Origin: Octopus bimaculoides | Taxonomy: Eukaryota | Length of the DNA: 64,000 nt | Direction of reading: 5' to 3' | NCBI RefSeq assembly: GCF_001194135.2 | Contig: NC_068996.1 | Span: 26,459,572 to 26,523,571, forward strand | Shown: one piece after another, positions 22,527-35,209 of the stretch | Layout of the letters: every line of letters begins with the position of its first letter | Numbering within the stretch: the first letter of the stretch is position 1 | The notes under the pieces: generated by a model | Database searches by the model: none | Told to the model about the DNA's origin: nothing | The model's input: only the letters and a program-made list of their open reading frames with translations | Position numbers and translations under genes: made by a program

Positions 22527-23209
22527 TATACCTTGATACCTTCTGACTAAAATTATTGTCTGAAAGGTGGTGGAAATTGTCAAAAATGCATGAACACTGA
22601 AACTGATGTAAGCAGCAGGTAGGGGTATGAAAATATGAATAGCATCAATAGTAACTGCAACACTGGGTATGATAATAAATCATGAAACAGGGTTCATGGT
22701 GTTACACCTTGGCCCAAAAGGTAGCCCTGTCAAGTACAGTATCCTAAAGAGGTACTTTCACTTTGATAACACCTGTTCAAACTTACACCGTAATACACAC
22801 CCTACACCAATCATGACTAAAAAAAAATGACATAGTTTATACTGCATACACTATGGAGACACCAGCAAACAGTATAATGTAACACATACTTTTGACAATC
22901 AACACCCAATAAAATATCACACAACACATTCTTTTATAATCAATAAACTGACAGTGCAACACCAATAGCTCAGGCTACTCACATTACACATACTCTGCAG
23001 AACAAGCATATGAAACACTAAACTAATAGCAGAATCATCATAAACCAAGTTCCACAACAATGTAAGGCAAGTGAGGTATAAAAGCACAGATCTACATTCC
23101 CCAAAAGACAACAATGTATACTCGTGGAGCATGAAGGTTCACCTGGAAGTACAATAGAAATTCACATGAAGCTGTTGAGAACAAAATATTATGTATACAT
23201 ATATAAAAT

Positions 23210-23620
23210 ACTGCTTCCCAACCACATGGTTCAAGGTCCAGTACCACTGCATGGCACAATCGGTGTCTTCTACTTTAGCCTTGGGTTGACAAAAGCTTTG
23301 TGAGTGGATTTGGTAGATAGAATCTGAATGAAGCCCATGATATATATGTATACATGTGTGCGTGTGTGTGTGTGTGCGCGCGTGTGTGCGTGTGTGTGTG
23401 TTTGTGGCTGTATTTATCCCTCACCAGCTTGACAACTGATGCTGGCATGTTTATGTCCCCATAATTTAGGGGTTTGGCAAAAGAGACCGAAAGAATAAGT
23501 ACCAGGCTTTAAAAAAAAATGTACTGAGGTCAATTCATCCAACTAAAAATTCTTCAAGGCAGTGCCCCAGCAGGGTCACAGTCTAATAACTGAAACAAGT
23601 AAAAGAAAAAAAAAAGATAA
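23210..23620 (+). mobile_element. SINE family A
   Basis: Head, (GT)n hinge and tail A present. Confidence 0.85.
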
Positions 23621-24050
23621 AAGATATTTGTCTGTATATACACACACATTCTTTTATTGGATTAACCCCAGTAATTATTTTAGGTCTGATATTATATTTG
23701 TCTTTTGCCAAACTACTAAGTCAGGGGGATGTAAACAAACCAACACCAGTTGTCAAGAGCTAGTGGTGTTAGAATCAGAAAGATACACACACATACATAA
23801 AATAGGTTTCCACAAAGTTTCCATCTACCAAATTTATTCATAAGTCAGCCCAGGTCTACAGTAGAAGACACCTAGCCAATGTGCCATTCAGCAAGACTAA
23901 AGACAAAATCACACAGTATCTATACATATATGTGTGTGTGTGTGTATTTATATGTATATAGCACACATACATATATTTATATACATACATAATATACATA
24001 TAAATACATATGTATTTATATAATGCATAACATACATAATATACATACAT

Positions 24051-24222
24051 AGGCATAGGAGTGGCTGTGTGGTAAGTAGCTTGCTTACCAACCACATGGT
24101 TCCGGGTTCATTCCCACTGCATGGCACCTTGGGCAAGTGTCTTCTACTATAGCCTCGGGCTGACCAAAGTCTTGTGAGTGGATTTGGTAGACGGAAACTG
24201 AAAGAAGCCCGTCGTATATATG

Positions 24223-24271
<49 letters not shown>

Positions 24272-24690
24272 NNNNNNNNNNNNNNNNNNNNNNNNNNNNN
24301 NNNNNNNNNNNNNNNNNNNNNNNNNNNNNNNNNNNNNNNNNNNNNNNNNNNNNNNNNNNNNNNNNNNNNNNNNNNNNNNNNNNNNNNNNNNNNNNNNNNN
24401 NNNNNNNNNNNNNNNNNNNNNNNNNNNNNNNNNNNNNNNNNNNNNNNNNNNNNNNNNNNNNNNNNNNNNNNNNNNNNNNNNNNNNNNNNNNNNNNNNNNN
24501 NNNNNNNNNNNNNNNNNNNNNNNNNNNNNNNNNNNNNNNNNNNNNNNNNNNNNNNNNNNNNNNNNNNNNNNNNNNNNNNNNNNNNNNNNNNNNNNNNNNN
24601 NNNNNNNNNNNNNNNNNNNNNNNNNNNNNNNNNNNNNNNTGCTCCAGCATGGCCGCAGTCAAATGACTGAAACAAGTAAAAGAATAAAAG
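24051..24690 (+). mobile_element. SINE family A, young copy with an assembly gap in the microsatellite hinge
   Basis: gagtggctgtgtggtaagtagcttgcttaccaaccacatggttccgggttcattccc ... gctccagcatggccgcagtcaaatgactgaaacaagtaaaag. Confidence 0.9.
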
Positions 24691-25091
24691 AATACATACA
24701 TACATACATACATACACTCATGCATGCATACATACATACATACATGCATACATACATACATACATACTTTTTCTGTCATTATCATCACCATTTTAAAGTC
24801 CACTTTTCTATGGGTCAGATAGAATTTGTTGAGGCAAATTTTCTATGCCTAGATGCCTTTCCTGTCATTAACCTTCACCTGTTTCAACTAATTCCAAGTA
24901 AGGTAATATATCCTTATATATGTTCACAGCAGATTGGAAATGAAGGACCCTGCTTGTATAATGTGCCACTTGTTTACAGCTATCATGTGATGTCAAGGCA
25001 AGGACACACACATACACATATGTGTGTACATACACATACACACACACACACATATATAAACATATATATGCATTTTTCAAAATGTAACCAC

Positions 25092-25280
25092 ATGTGAATT
25101 GTTGGGGATTTTTTTCCCTCCATCTTCCTTTTCTATTGGACTTTCCTCTGTCTTCTGTTTCTGTAGAGAAGAGCTTTGCTCGAAACGTAAAACCACCATT
25201 CTTTCTTTCCCTGAGTGTCTGCTAATACTTTAGATGTACCATGTTCTTGCATTGTTGTTTTTTTTTTTGTGTGCTCTTTG
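25092..25280 (+). mobile_element. PLE-type pseudo-LTR fragment with degenerate hammerhead motif
   Basis: gttt-ctgtagagaa-gagc-ttt-gctc-gaaac-gta-aaac at 25157-25193. Confidence 0.55.
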
Positions 25281-25308
25281 ATTTTTTTGGGGGGTGGGGG
25301 TTACTATT

Positions 25309-25347
<39 letters not shown>

Positions 25348-25704
25348 TATCTAAGAAAGTTAGGGGTTGTGAATCCAACCCACTAAGGAATAAAATCTAT
25401 CCAATACACTGCTGGAAGAATACCCTATTATTATTACACTAGTGTTTTTTCATTGCATGGCAATTACATTACCAAGTGCAATAAATGGGTTCGAGTAAAA
25501 AGTTATTTTACCATTAATTTATATAGCAATAAGAAAATGGAGGGGATTAATAGGTGATATTCATCAACTCTCAGACATTGTATTATGTCAATTTACTTGT
25601 TTATTTACTAAAAGGACAATAATAACAATATACAAACACATGTGACATATTATGTCATATCAGTAATTATAAAAATGACATATAGTAACAGAAAATGGGA
25701 CAAT

Positions 25705-25827
25705 GTCTTACAGCTGTTTCAATCCAGGGATGAAATGCCTCATTCTATCTTTATCACTCCAGTAGACTGAAGTAATTAATAGATGAAATAGAGGTACATG
25801 GATGATTCTCTAGGCCTCTTCAGAGAT
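25705..25827 (-). ncRNA. Hammerhead-like motif with long stem II insertion
   Basis: Minus strand atct-CTGAAGA-ggcctag...(~85 nt)...ctggatt-GAAAC-agct-GTA-agac; intact core, palindromic ACAGCTGT stem III. Confidence 0.55.
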
Positions 25828-27061
25828 TTTATAAAGTTCATAAGGTTAAGTTAAAAATATAAAAATATAAAAACCATAAAAACCCACATATATATGCATC
25901 CTTTAACATATACATAGATATACATAAATAAATATAAATACATATGTACATTTAAATGTACATACATAAATGTCTATACATGCACACAAATGAATCAATT
26001 ATTATTGTTATTGTTATTATTAGATGTATTATACATATTAGGTTAAATGTAAACAGAGGTGTGAGAAGGTTATAAGGAAGTTATACAAGGAGTAATATTG
26101 CAATTAATAAAAACAACATATACTAACATTTTTTCTAAGAAAGAAACTGTGTATACATGAGGAGGGCACATATATATACACACCCACACATACATACATA
26201 CACATATGTATACAATATATTTTTATACAGACATATTCATAGGTACATACGCATTAGTTGCGTTTGGAATGGAGGATTAGTGCATTAGTTCGTATCGTTA
26301 TAATTCTAACAAAAATGTCCAAACCTATATATATATATTTTTACATCAAAAACCTATGAGGTACGTACGTATTAGTTGTGATTGGAATGGAGGAATTTAT
26401 GCACGAATTCTTATGAACTAATTGCATGGTATGGTGTGGTGGTGTGGTGGTGTTGGGGTTTGGTGGTGAGAGTGGGGGAAGCAAGGGTGAGGTCTANNNN
26501 NNNNNNNNNNNNNNNNNNNNNNNNNNNNNNNNNNNNNNNNNNNNNNNNNNNNNNNNNNNNNNNNNNNNNNNNNNNNNNNNNNNNNNNNNNNNNNNNNNNN
26601 NNNNNNNNNNNNNNNNNNNNNNNNNNNNNNNNNNNNNNNNNNNNNNNNNNNNNNNNNNNNNNNNNNNNNNNNNNNNNNNNNNNNNNNNNNNNNNNNNNNN
26701 NNNNNNNNNNNNNNNNNNNNNNNNNNNNNNNNNNNNNNNNNNNNNNNNNNNNNNNNNNNNNNNNNNNNNNNNNNNNNNNNNNNNNNNNNNNNNNNNNNNN
26801 NNNNNNNNNNNNNNNNNNNNNNNNNNNNNNNNNNNNNNNNNNNNNNNNNNNNNNNNNNNNNNNNNNNNNNNNNNNNNNNNNNNNNNNNNNNNNNNNNNNN
26901 NNNNNNNNNNNNNNNNNNNNNNNNNNNNNNNNNNNNNNNNNNNNNNNNNNNNNNNNNNNNNNNNNNNNNNNNNNNNNNNNNNNNNNNNNNNNNNNNNNNN
27001 NNNNNNNNNNNNNNNNNNNNNNNNNNNNNNNNNNNNNNNNNNNNNNNNNNNNNNNNNNNNN

Positions 27062-28133
27062 CAGAAATGGCACGAGACTGGGGTGTTGTTGCCGAGTCTG
27101 ATGTCTCAGAGATGTTCCGCCAACCGGTCAGCCAAGCAGTGTCCCATTTGACTGATATATAGAGAAGGACAGAGAGAGCAGGAGATGCAGTAGATGACGT
27201 TGCTAGAAGTGCAGGTGAAGGAATCAATGATATGATAGGGTCAATGATGGGTACCTGTGAGGAGGGTGGTGTTGGAGAGGTAAGGGCAAGTGCAGCAGCG
27301 TGGGTAGGAGCAGGGGAATGAGCCAGATTGGGAGGTTGTGTTAGGGAAGAAGCTGTGGACCAAGAGGTCTCGTATGTTGTGGGCTCATTTGAGGGGTCAG
27401 TTAGGGAAGACATGCGAAGTGGAGGGGTCGGACTGGAGTCGCTGGAAGGCTTGGAGACTGGTGCGTTGGAGAGGTAGAGTGGTGGGGTGGTAGGTGAGGG
27501 GAAACGGGAGATGGGTGACGGCAGGGCAGGTGCAGTGGGGAGAGCAGATGCACGGTCCACGGAACATGCTCTGGCAAGGGCGGTGTGGATTGTGGTGAGG
27601 GGATATCCATGTAGGATGAAGTGGCGAGCCATGAGCTGAGACTGACTCTCAAAGTCATGGTCGTCACTAAAGAGCCTGCGTAGACGGAGGAATTGGAAAT
27701 AGGGGATGGAAAGCTTGGTGTGTTTAGGGTGGGAGGAGGAGAAGTTGAGGTATGAGTGTGAGTCTGTGTGTTTGTAGTGGATGAAGGTGGTGAGAGTGGA
27801 GTGATGAATGCTGACCGAAATGTCAAAAAAGGCGACTGAGGTGTCAGAAATAGTGCAGGATGGAAAGATCTGACAAAAGAGAGGAAGGAGTCTAGATGTT
27901 CGTGGGAGGATGAGGTTGCACCAATACAGTTATCAATATAACGACCGTATAGTTCAGGAATGAAACGAGTGAAACTTGAGAATATTTGGGCCTCAACATA
28001 GCTAACGAACAGGTTCGTATAGTTGGGGCCCATTCTCGTTCCCATGGCCACTCCCGAGAACATGCTGGTAAAAATCACCAGCGAACAAGAAGTAGTTAAG
28101 TGAGAGGACAAGTTCAGCCAGACAAAGAAGTGT
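27062..28133 (-). mobile_element. Penelope-like element pol fragment: RT C-terminal half, thumb/linker and GIY-YIG endonuclease (frameshifted; flanked by gaps)
   Basis: GVAMGTRMGPNYTNLFV and YGRYIDNCIG (RT motifs, YIDD-like); GYP.....AL thumb; FTCTSSNVIYCISCSLCPSLYISQMGHCLADRLAEHL (GIY-YIG). Confidence 0.93.
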
Positions 28134-28605
28134 NNNNNNNNNNNNNNNNNNNNNNNNNNNNNNNNNNNNNNNNNNNNNNNNNNNNNNNNNNNNNNNNNNN
28201 NNNNNNNNNNNNNNNNNNNNNNNNNNNNNNNNNNNNNNNNNNNNNNNNNNNNNNNNNNNNNNNNNNNNNNNNNNNNNNNNNNNNNNNNNNNNNNNNNNNN
28301 NNNNNNNNNNNNNNNNNNNNNNNNNNNNNNNNNNNNNNNNNNNNNNNNNNNNNNNNNNNNNNNNNNNNNNNNNNNNNNNNNNNNNNNNNNNNNNNNNNNN
28401 NNNNNNNNNNNNNNNNNNNNNNNNNNNNNNNNNNNNNNNNNNNNNNNNNNNNNNNNNNNNNNNNNNNNNNNNNNNNNNNNNNNNNNNNNNNNNNNNNNNN
28501 NNNNNNNNNNNNNNNNNNNNNNNNNNNNNNNNNNNNNNNNNNNNNNNNNNNNNNNNNNNNNNNNNNNNNNNNNNNNNNNNNNNNNNNNNNNNNNNNNNNN
28601 NNNNN

Positions 28606-28645
<40 letters not shown>

Positions 28646-30053
28646 TATACACATACATATATACATACATACATTTCTACCTTCTTGGATTCACTCAGAG
28701 AAGTGAAGATATGTTATCCTCATCATGGTTAGGGAGCCTTAGCTAATAATTGACTAGACATATCATTTCAGACAAGAACTAAGGGTCTAACACTCCCAAA
28801 ATTTCTTGATAGTGCATCTTTGGGTTTTCTATGTAACAGTGCATTTTTGCTAGAAACCCTGTTAGCTCCATACTAGAGTACAGTTGAACTTTTAGCAAAT
28901 CTGTTGCAACTCCACAGGGAAGGGTTTTTCAGCAACACGTATGGTAAGGGTGTAAGTTTAGTTATCAACAACCTAGTCAAAAGCTGGGGTAGTACACCCT
29001 GAGAGAGAGAAAAAAAAAACAAGCAGTGATAAGCAACTTTAAGGTAGTTTCTGACAATAGATTTTAAACATCCTGTGGCAACTTGGAGTAGAGAGTGGTT
29101 ACCAATTTGAATCACCTTTGTCATTAAAACTATCTCCAATCTCCTCCACAATAAAGAATATGATTCTGGGAAAAGTACATCAACAACGTTACTTCAAACC
29201 ATCTTGCACAGGTTTCTTCTCCAGTAATGTGAATCATAGATCTCGTAAGAGGTCGTTGTCCTTGCGGTGGTATATGTATTACATACACATGTGCAACAAC
29301 GAAACACTCACTTCCATAATTTCCTCGCTCACGGGGACACGCCAATAATGTAACATAGGCCATAGAATACTTCAGAGTTATTCAAAAGACTAGATATCTG
29401 GGCCAAAACCCTTCGTAGATGTTTGATAAATACTCTGATAGATAATTCCAGGCCACTGAGAGTAGCTCCTATAGCATTTTCAGCTGACACGCACACACAT
29501 GCACACGCACGTACGTATGTATAGTTTTGTTTAAATTGTTAAGTTGTAAAGGGTTTGTCATATTTTGTTATACTAACCTAATTCCTGTTATTTGCTTTAC
29601 TTCATAGAAACACAAGTGGACGTAGTTACTTCTAAGTACATTTTCTTTTTTAAACCCAGGCACTCGCTAGCATTTTCCTTTTGGTGTCTAAAATAGATAT
29701 TTCTAGCAATGAATACAACCCATTACAACGAAAGCGAGAAAGGAAGAGAAAAAGAAGGAGAAAGAAAATGATTATATACGAGTGTATTATAAAGAGAGAG
29801 AGAGAGAGAGAGAGAGAGACGGGGAAGAGTCAGAGAGAAGACATAGTCCATGGGAAGTAGTATTTAACTAATTGCCCATAATGATGGGTATTAATGAGCT
29901 ACTATTTCGTCATAATTATTCGTCTCGGATAGGTCGACTGCCTGTACTGAGAATCGTGTATACCCACAGCCACCATTTGACATTGTGTTTTACATGCTCA
30001 TTTCTCGATCGTGAGAGTTCAAAGTACAAAAACACGCACACCAAACTCTCTCT

Positions 30054-30084
<31 letters not shown>

Positions 30085-31283
30085 TCACACTTTAGAAGAC
30101 TTCTTTTTTTTTTTCATCCCCAAATAATCCAGCCACACGCATTCAGTGGGTATCTTGTGATAATGTTCTTTCGAATTCAAATTAGAATATGTGATGAAAA
30201 TCTATTTAATGTATTTACCGGAAGTAAGTAGAATCTTTGAAATATAAAACACCCACCCCAAAGGGAAGGAAAGTAACAAAACAATTGTGTAAAAGAAAAT
30301 ATGGATGACATGCATGAAACAAAACGATTGCTACATAACCAGCAAGAGAACCTTGCAAATGATCATAAGTCAGGTTGGAGATAACAGCCAAACAACCTTC
30401 AAACTAAATCTAAACGTGGGGGGGGGGATGGAAGGGGCCTGTTGTCCTTAGATATCCTGGAAAAGATGAGGCTGAACTGCTCTTGATTGGGGAGAAAATA
30501 ACGACAAAGAAACACTTTGTTATCATAACGTTGTTAAAACAGATTTCTCGTAAATCAAAACATAATTTACAGTCTAATTGCTTTTACACACTCACATACA
30601 CACACTCACACATTTGCCTTTCAAAACAATTGATATGGAGGTAAATGGTGTTATATTTTAGAAATGTGTGAAATAATGTGAATAGGTGTACAGCAAAAAC
30701 AAATCTCACAACAATGTGTTTTTGTGTATACCGATAATTACACACACATACAAAATTAATAGCTGATTTAATCTTTATCTGAGTGTGGACAGTTTTGGAA
30801 AGCAAAGCTATTTGTTAACTCACACTACATTGTCAGTCCCTTCTCTCACAATCTTTTCACCAGTAACTTACTCGGCTTGATCTTTCTCCTATCACCTGTC
30901 TTCCGAAGTAACTTACGTTGCTAATCCTTCCTCCCACTATTACCCTTCCACAGCTAGTTCTTCCTACCACAATCATCTTAACACTGCAAGTTCTCCCTCC
31001 CACAGCAACTCTTCTGGATGAGGTGGGTGAAAAGATAAACAAGCTGTGAGAAATAGAAATAAAGAAAGAAAGAAGCAGAGAGAGCGAGAGGATACAACAA
31101 TTTATTAGAAACAGACGTCGTTTTAACGACAAAGGAGGTATCTGTCATAGCTTAATGAACTTCGAAGCAAAGGCACTTGGAAACTTCTAATCAAACCTCA
31201 CACGAACAGGAAAATGTAAGGTAACTTCGAATTCCTTAGCAAGCAATAAAAGGGCAAGAAACTGGAATAAAATTCACAAAGAC

Positions 31284-32052
31284 ACAGGCGTGGCTGTGTA
31301 GTAAGAAGCTTGCTTCCCAATGCAATGGCTCCAGGTTCTGTCCCACAGTGTTGCACCTTGGGCAAGTGTCTTCTAGTATATCATTGAGCCAACTGAAGTC
31401 TTATGAGTGGATTTGGCAGATGGAAACTGTAAGAAGCCCATCGTGTATATATGTGTGTCCGTGTGAGTTTTTATGTCCGTCCCCTATCACTACTTGACAA
31501 CCGGTGTTGGTGTGTTTGCGTCTCCGTAACTTAACGGTTCGGCATAAGAAACCGATGGAATAAGTACCAGGCTAAAAAAATATGTACTGGGGTTTACTCA
31601 TTCGACTAAAAATTCTTCTACGCAGTACCCCCATATGGCCGCAGTCTAATGACTGAAACAAGTTAAAGATAAAAGGTGCCACTTTAGCTGTGTAAAATTA
31701 CTCACATCGCAACTATGTGGTTTCAGGTTCAGTCCCACTATGTAACACCTTGGGCAAGTGTCTTCTACTGCAATCTGAGCCTGACCAATGCCTTGTGAAT
31801 AAATTTTGTAGATGGAAACTGTGTAGAATCCCATCATATGTTTTATTTTTGTGTGTTTTTGTTTGTCCACTACCACAACCTAACAACTGGTTTTAGCTTG
31901 TTTATGTCACCGTAACTTAGCGGTTTGGAAAAATAGAGCGATAGAATAAATTCCAGATTTTAAAAAATACATATTAAGTACTAAGGTCGATTTGTTAGAC
32001 TAAAACCTTGTGTCCCAGCACGGCCGCAGTACAGTGACTGCAACAAGTAAAT
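31284..32052 (+). mobile_element. Two tandem SINE family A copies
   Basis: Heads at ~31285 and ~31710; tails ending at ~31670 and ~32052. Confidence 0.85.
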
Positions 32053-32329
32053 GATAATGCGAGGATATCTGAAACAATCGAAGAAAGAGTTACAGTGGTT
32101 GCATAAAAAGAATCAGAAAAATGTCGAAGGTATGTCGCAAAACAGAATGCAGTTGATGGATTTGTTTAAAAACGTGAGGATATAAAGCATGTTAGAAAGT
32201 TGAAGATGGATGCTCTATGTTTAAAATGTGCTGCAAAGAGTTAGTTAGAGGAAAGAATTTCAAGAAATTCAGAAACAATCCCTATGCTTTTACAGTTTTT
32301 TTCTTAGACTGCATAAATAACCAATGTGT

Positions 32330-32720
32330 GAAGGTTAACATGCAGCATACTGTCGTACTCAAGTGAATGTAAATTGTCTTAAACAGAGTTGCAATAGAAA
32401 CCGGAAGTGACATAACAGAATTTCATAAAACAAGATTCATATCCAATGGGTGGTCTTCCAGTGTAGGTTTCGTGTGGGACAACTTCTATAATCACGAAGT
32501 TGTCAAACATTCACTCAATTTTGTTGATTGCAAATGATGATACCATACTTACATCGACTACAGAAGGGCGATGGATGCTCGCCAAGAAGAAAATTAGGTG
32601 ACAGTGTGGGACCAGTAATGATTTACATCTTCATGAGCCTATGAAGCAAAACAAATTTTAGAGATCACGAAAAGCTATTCACGAATCTCAATGCGTGCAT
32701 CAATGAGCGTCATATTTTCC
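32330..32720 (+). mobile_element. Merlin (IS1595-like) DDE transposase remnant
   Basis: Frames give FISNGWSS, YNHEVVKHSLNFVD and TEGRWMLAKKKIR*QCGTS, matching Merlin I.SD.W..Y ... H..VNHS.NFVD ... HTQ.IE..W...K.....GT. Confidence 0.6.
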
Positions 32721-32760
32721 CGTAAAAGTGTTTGTTTTCGTCTTTATATATATGCAGCAC

Positions 32761-32897
32761 GATGTTTTGTCAGTGAACAGGTTGCGGTTTCAAAGCAACA
32801 AAAATATTTTGACACAAATTAAATTTAAATGTTGAAGTGAATCTAACGGTTTTTGTGTGTTTCTTAAATGGCTTATAAACACCTTCCACACTGCAAC
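32761..32897 (+). mobile_element. Second copy of the G3:C8 hammerhead-bearing repeat
   Basis: tttgtca-gtgaaca-g-gttgc-ggtttcaaa-gcaac-aaaa-atattt-tgaca (G12 lost, consistent with CpG decay), then the same flank as 14140-14215. Confidence 0.75.
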
Positions 32898-32918
32898 TCT
32901 GTGTGTGTGTGTGTGTGT

Positions 32919-32993
<75 letters not shown>

Positions 32994-34512
32994 ATCTCAC
33001 ACATTTATTTTATACATGAAATTATGGGTTGTCACTCTCGTCACTTCTGATTTGTATCGCAATTTATTTTCATTCAGTACAATTTATTTTCACTTTTCAA
33101 CGACAATCAACTGCATATTGTTAATTGCTTTACCTGTAAGAGAGTGTTAATACTTTATGTGTGTGTGTGTGTTATACTTTTTAGTTTGTTATGCCATGTG
33201 AACAGTGCTTGATGATTGTGCTAGGACACCAGACGTGTTAAAAATGATGCCCGGCATGCTCTTGGCACATAAAACTAATAGTAGCACATAAAAATATATA
33301 CTGGGCTTATTAATTAATATTTATCTCTCACCAGATAGAATATATATATTTTTTTGCTGATCTTACCTATATATATGTAAGGGACGACCGTGCGAACTCA
33401 AAAAGGAGAAATGGTGACGAATGGAAAAACAGAGGACTCCTTTTATTTAAACGTGTCACACGGTCGAACACACAATAATATATCGAAAATGATATATATG
33501 ATATGTTATGCGACGATAACATAGATGACCAGTAATGAAAGACCACAACCGTATAAGATGAATAACAGAAGTATTTATTGTAGCGTTAAAGATGTATGTC
33601 TGTGTGTGAGTGTGAATGCGACATATAAGAACATAATCAAAGACAGGCCGTCATACAAAGAAAAGTGTGTATGTGAGTGATACNNNNNNNNNNNNNNNNN
33701 NNNNNNNNNNNNNNNNNNNNNNNNNNNNNNNNNNNNNNNNNNNNNNNNNNNNNNNNNNNNNNNNNNNNNNNNNNNNNNNNNNNNNNNNNNNNNNNNNNNN
33801 NNNNNNNNNNNNNNNNNNNNNNNNNNNNNNNNNNNNNNNNNNNNNNNNNNNNNNNNNNNNNNNNNNNNNNNNNNNNNNNNNNNNNNNNNNNNNNNNNNNN
33901 NNNNNNNNNNNNNNNNNNNNNNNNNNNNNNNNNNNNNNNNNNNNNNNNNNNNNNNNNNNNNNNNNNNNNNNNNNNNNNNNNNNNNNNNNNNNNNNNNNNN
34001 NNNNNNNNNNNNNNNNNNNNNNNNNNNNNNNNNNNNNNNNNNNNNNNNNNNNNNNNNNNNNNNNNNNNNNNNNNNNNNNNNNNNNNNNNNNNNNNNNNNN
34101 NNNNNNNNNNNNNNNNNNNNNNNNNNNNNNNNNNNNNNNNNNNNNNNNNNNNNNNNNNNNNNNNNNNNNNNNNNNNNNNNNNNNNNNNNNNNNNNNNNNN
34201 NNNNNNNNNNNNNNNNNNNNNNNNNNNNNNNNNNNNNNNNNNNNNNNNNNNNNNNNNNNNNNNNNNNNNNNNNNNNNNNNNNNNNNNNNNNNNNNNNNNN
34301 NNNNNNNNNNNNNNNNNNNNNNNNNNNNNNNNNNNNNNNNNNNNNNNNNNNNNNNNNNNNNNNNNNNNNNNNNNNNNNNNNNNNNNNNNNNNNNNNNNNN
34401 NNNNNNNNNNNNNNNNNNNNNNNNNNNNNNNNNNNNNNNNNNNNNNNNNNNNNNNNNNNNNNNNNNNNNNNNNNNNNNNNNNNNNNNNNNNNNNNNNNNN
34501 NNNNNNNNNNNN

Positions 34513-34554
<42 letters not shown>

Positions 34555-34557
<3 letters not shown>

Positions 34558-34716
34558 AAATGGAACAAGAACGCAATAGACGACAATAAATCATCCAGAC
34601 AGATAGACAATACAAAGACGGATAGGAAAAACAAGGACAGGTCATTCACAGTTTTCTCTCGTCAGTCAAGTTTCCAAATCATCCTTACTGTTTCGGCCTG
34701 TTATACTTGGGCTTGA
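34555..34716 (-). mobile_element. Probable PLE pseudo-LTR fragment (only the 3' half of a hammerhead remains)
   Basis: Minus strand ggcc-GAAAC-a-GTA-aggatg; no upstream CUGANGA (truncated). Confidence 0.4.
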
Positions 34717-35209
34717 TGTATAAAATATATTTACATAGACACATATGAATATGTATAGGGATATATATATATATAAAGAGTTAAATAAAAATTTTAAATG
34801 TTCAGAAGATGAACACTCGTGTATAAGCATATAGATATTTATATATTTACCTAACAAATTTACAAGTAGTGCAAAAAATACACAAAACTAAGGCAAGTTG
34901 CTAGTCTTTACACTCTGAAGACGGAGTCTTGTTTTACATTAATGTATTCACTACTGGTTGTTTATCCTTAACGTTCTGCATACTCCATCTGCTAATGATA
35001 CGACTATTGGGAAATTCTGGACCCTCAGTAACAGTTGTCGGCTTTGAAATACCATGCCCTCTCTCCTCAGTTTCCTTTATCATTTGTACTCCAAATGATA
35101 AAGAAATTTATTCTGTAAATAAATATCTATATGCTTATACACGAGTGCTCATCTGAATATTTTCAGTTTTGGTTTCTCTATGTATATCCCTATATATATT
35201 AACATGTAT

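Noticed and set aside
22700-23150. Possible PLE endonuclease remnant
   Set aside because: Only vague similarity; no diagnostic motif recovered in a consistent frame.
5786-27108. In-frame TGA codons in both PLE endonuclease fragments (5786-5788; 27106-27108 minus) as possible selenocysteine
   Set aside because: Both fall at positions where Arg is plausible, not Cys, so CGA to TGA CpG deamination explains them; no SECIS was seen.
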